DNA of 64,000 nt from contig NC_045697.1 in NCBI RefSeq assembly GCF_009834535.1, forward strand, positions 72,170,001-72,234,000, read 5' to 3'. Below are positions 14,080 to 64,000 of this stretch, piece by piece; the stretch's first letter is position 1; each line of letters begins with the position of its first letter. The notes beneath the pieces are model-generated. The model had not been told where the DNA came from, made no database searches, and saw nothing but the letters and a program-made list of their open reading frames with translations. The position numbers were made by a program, and so were the translations under genes. This DNA is from Camelus ferus (taxonomy: Eukaryota).

Positions 14080-14300
14080 TAATCCTGTTAGGTAGGTGCC
14101 AGGCACTTAACTTGAAAAACAGTCCTTAGAAACAATCCTTATGAAATTAAGTGTATTATCACTTTCATTTTAAAGATGGAGAAACTGATTCCAGGCATGT
14201 TAACCATCTTTCCCTGCTGACCCAGCTAGTAAGTGACCAGAGAAGGATTTGAGCCCAGTAGCCTGACTTCAGAGCTCTTAGCTTTCACCACATTGCTCTG
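14080..14300 (-). mobile_element. MIR remnant
   Basis: cattttaaagatggagaaactgattccagg...cccagctagtaagtgaccagagaaggatttgagccc. Confidence 0.7.
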
Positions 14301-15014
14301 CTGCTTTAGCAGTAGGGGACAAAGTTAGATACACAATATACACAAAGTCAGGGTAGATTTCTGTTTGAAAATTGTGGATTTTTCCCTCCTCTTCTTCAAG
14401 TATCACTATTATCGTCACTTCATGAGAAAAACTAAGCAGACAAGAACTACATCATGTGTAATGTCTCACATTCATGTTGACTGTATATTCTGCCAAAGTG
14501 ACTTGTCCAAATTAACTCAGCAAGTAAGCTGGATATGTCAAAGTCTGATTCTTAGAAAATTCTAGACTACTTCTTGTAATCACCTTTAAGGAACCAGTAT
14601 GTACTTTGCCAGAGCATGACAGAGTTGCTTTAAATAAAAGGAGGTGATTTGACTAAGTTTGGTATTATCTGGACCCTCGGTTTCTATTTCTTACTCGAAA
14701 AGCAGATCTAGCCTGTGGCCATCAGCAGGCATTGAGTCATAAAGCTCCCAGCTGAAAGGCTTGATTTCATCAAGGAAGCCAGGAAATCCTGAGCACTCCA
14801 GGAATGATAGCCATTACTATAACAACATAATTATTACCAAAAGATCAATAAAGACTGATAAAATATGACACTGTGGGGAAAAAAGGACTGACCCTAGGAA
14901 TGGAAGTGGCCAGAATTGGTCATTTATTCCAGCCACCTGCCCTTAGACAGGATTTTTAAAATATCACCTCGGGGCAGTTGTGATATTTAAAGATCTCTAG
15001 GTAGAGGAACACAT

Positions 15015-15230
15015 TACAGTAATAAGAGAATAGTTAGCTCTTGTGTCCTGGGCAGTGGTCTAAAGACTTTCCACGCATTAATGTGTTTAACGCTCACAAC
15101 GAACCTGCGAGGTCCTATGATTATCCCCATTTTACAGATGAGGAGCTGAACACTGCCCCAGGTCGCATAGCTAGTAAATAGTGGAACTGCCTTCAAAGCT
15201 GGCTAGTCTGCCCATCAAGTATACGCTCTT
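15015..15230 (-). mobile_element. MIR remnant
   Basis: tatccccattttacagatgaggagctga...gcatagctagtaaatagtgga. Confidence 0.75.
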
Positions 15231-18136
15231 ACAGTGTCCCTAGGTAGCTGATTGCTCAAGTTATCTCCTTGGCTCTAAGTGAAAGCTTAACTTGTGTTTA
15301 CACCATTAGTGTTTATTAAAAGCCTGCTATGTTCAGAACTCTTTCTGGCAGATACACTTGCTTTCTATAAACTTAATTTTCAAGAGAACCACTCCACAAA
15401 GAGGTAAAAGGGAGGCTGGGTAAAGATAATCAGATTCTCCATAGAACAAATGAATTTCTGAGTCAGTTGCAAATAGCTGTTGGTCATTGTGCATTTTATG
15501 AAGTGTTCCCTCCCCTAAGGTAGAATTCCATTGTCTTCATTTGCTATATAACCTGAAAACAGTATTTTTTGTGCGTTTCCCCACACTTCAGTCATCTTCT
15601 TTCAGTCAGTATCTTGGAAAGTCCACAAAACCCAGGGGCCTCCGTGTCGTTGCCCTGTGGTCTGTGTAAAAACCAGATGATGCCATGCTGACTTGAATTC
15701 TTTCAAATGGATCAAACAGCACATTAGTCATTGGCAAATTTTTCAGGCCCTTTACCTCAGAGACTACCCAGTTCCTCATTCTTGCCGCCCTTCGATCATG
15801 AAGTAATAGGAAGAAAAAGATGTGAGTACTTTTTGAGGACACCTCCCACCTCTTTTCTTCAGTCCCTGTGACTGATTTCCTTCATAGTGGTGACGTTAAA
15901 GGGTCCAGATATCAAAAGTGATTTGGCTTTGATCTCTGGATTCCTTCTGGTGTCCTGGTTAAGTGGAGAGCCTATCTGACTTCACCCAAGTGAAGCATTT
16001 CGTCATGCCTTACACTGTTGCATTCCTGTGCTCAGTGCACTTAAAAGTGAAATTACATGGTCTATTTCATGCTCTTTCACTGTTCATTTACTGCCGAAGA
16101 AGTCCCTGTGGAATATGTCATCATGACAAAGGCTGATTTCAGATGTTGACACCTAGACACAGAACGGGCATCAGCAAGCCCGGGAGTATGTAGGGACAAC
16201 AGCCAACTTTGAAACAAACTGAGAACTTTTCATTCCCTGTCCTGCCCTGAAGGGCAAAGGCTTTCTGCCTGTTATAAAAGGGAAAGCACTAAATTCATAA
16301 TGGGTTTTATGCCCAGAAGGCTTTTTTAAGTGCTTACCTGTTTAGGAAATCATTTATTGTCCTTTGAGATGGTCAAAACCTAATTTAATCCTAAACATTC
16401 TTTGTGACAAGCTTGCTTTGCAAGGACTAGAAGTCATTCCTGCAGGTGGCCCTGCTCCTTGTGAAGGGGTGTTAGAGGGCTGGGAAGCACACTTTTACAG
16501 CAGTTCTGAGACAAGGTTTAGGCAGAGAGGCCCTAAGACTTCCAGTGGAGCTACACTGTTGACAGGTGGAAAGCTGTCCTTTGCTCAAGGGGAAACTTCT
16601 CTTCCCCAGAACACTCTGGGAAATAATCCCAGCCCTGATCATCTTCTCCTCAATTCTTGCAATGGGAGATTGAATTGGGAAAAAAATCTAAACTGAAGAA
16701 ATCCTAATAAAACCATGCCCCAATGGATTCTAAATCCATTAGTTGATATTTATAGTAGAAGTAGTTTGGTTGGAAAGGATTCTGTCTGTTTCTAAGAAAT
16801 TTTACTGGCAAGTATAGGTTCTTCCCTTAGTTTATATCAGAAAGACATCCGTCAAGGATCCATTGCTGCATAAGATTCCTATCTACTTTCTTTTTCTTCT
16901 GAGTTAAGGGCTGCTTGTGCAAATTAAAATATTTCTAATGATTATATAGTTGGGAGATCTTGGATTTAGGTCATGTACTTCCTCAAAAAAGAGATAGTGT
17001 GAGCTAAGGAGACAGGGTGACCAGCTTTTCTCATCGTTAGCCCTGAAAGTCCAGGAAACCCCCTCAGTCCCAGGCAAACTAGGATGGCTGGTCACCCTTT
17101 GAGGAGATACAGTGTATTTCCAACCGTTTGGCTGAATTTATCACAGGATTCTGACTTAGAAGACTCAGGAAGGTAAAAATAAGGTCTTTTCTGTTAGTAT
17201 GATTTTAGTCTTGAGACTTTCTCGAGGAAGGAATCTGTGGTCTGCTATAGGAGGCTGGAGGGCCAGCTAGAGGAGAAAGGGTGTCCAAGCTCTCTTTACT
17301 TAAAATGTCACTATCTCCATGCAGTTTCCTTTTTATTGCTGTTGTCATCATTTTAAAGGTATAGCAATATAAATAAAATATCAATTACTTTAAGTGGAAA
17401 AACTTGATTTTATAAAAACAGGGGCTAAATGGTTGTCAGATCTAAGGATTTGCACTTAAGGAGTACATTTATTTGAACTGAAGGAATTTACAGTGACCTG
17501 GGCATGTAAGTCAATTACCAGAGCTCGTAACAGAGAGGGCCACCAGTGGCTGAAGTCTCCTAACAGATCACTGCAGGCCGAGTCCGAGGGCTTGAGTGTC
17601 CAGGGCCAACCTTCCTTGCCAAGGCCCAGGGCAAGATGCTCTCTCCTACCCATTCTCATGTCAAAGAATTAGGATGCCCTGTTGCTGCTCACCTCTTTCC
17701 TTCCCTTGATTTCCAACAATCAGTCAATCCCAGTTCCATTCTCGCTGATCTTTCACCCAGTTTTTATGACCAAAAATGCAGTCAGGGTGCAGATGAAAAT
17801 GTGTTCTTGGTTAGGAGGAAGGGGATGCTTCATGGCTACAGGGCACCCTCCCAGATGTGCTCTTCCTTCCACCTTTAACAGTACATGCTGTATGTTAAAT
17901 GGTCTGCTTCCTGGAGGATATCATTCACATCCAAAATAGCCACCATCAACGTTTTAGTTTATTTCCATCCCATCATTTGTTCATCATATATTTTTCAAAA
18001 TAGAGCTGTGGTCTTACATGTACAGGTAGACCTAATTTTCTATCATACTTTTTATAGTTACTGGCTTGTCTTAAGCATTTTTCCATGTTGCAATATAGTT
18101 AGATGTGCTAACTTTTGAAATGTGCTTCTTATGTAG

Positions 18137-63983
<45,847 letters not shown>

Positions 63984-64000
63984 CCTGCTGGCAGTTTCCA

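Noticed and set aside
1..18136. NFKB1 exons 2-5 or a nested gene in the first 18 kb
   Set aside because: I did not find RGFRFRYVCEGPSHGGL or DGPYLQILEQPKQ coding sequence. The short ORFs here look like chance or repeat-derived ORFs.

Overview
Mammalian genomic DNA, not prokaryotic. The window holds the 3' part of NFKB1 (NF-kappa-B p105/p50) on the + strand. Nineteen coding exons, equivalent to human exons 6-24, run from 18137 to the TAG at 63981-63983. All have GT-AG boundaries and compatible phases. Together they are 2661 nt (886 aa plus stop) with no frameshift or premature stop. They cover most of the Rel homology domain, the NLS, the glycine-rich region, the ankyrin repeats, the death domain and the PEST/DSGVETS degron. 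Bases 1-18136 are the distal part of the preceding intron, and the 5' exons lie outside the window. Introns carry ancient repeats (MIR, L2, CR1/L3, L1M, MER5A, MER58-like, MLT1A) and four copies of a younger L1 3'-end family with visible TSDs. I recognised no Alu, B1, Bov, PRE or Can SINEs, which tentatively points to a camelid-like laurasiatherian. I found no convincing new biological system. The best second-look items are a twin-primed L1 inversion, a local ~100-bp duplication around exon 13, and sequence features that could give p50-only or IkB-gamma-like isoforms. Also of note are changes at p105 regulatory residues and candidate intronic kB enhancers. Human and mouse comparisons and repeat family names come from memory, not from a search.
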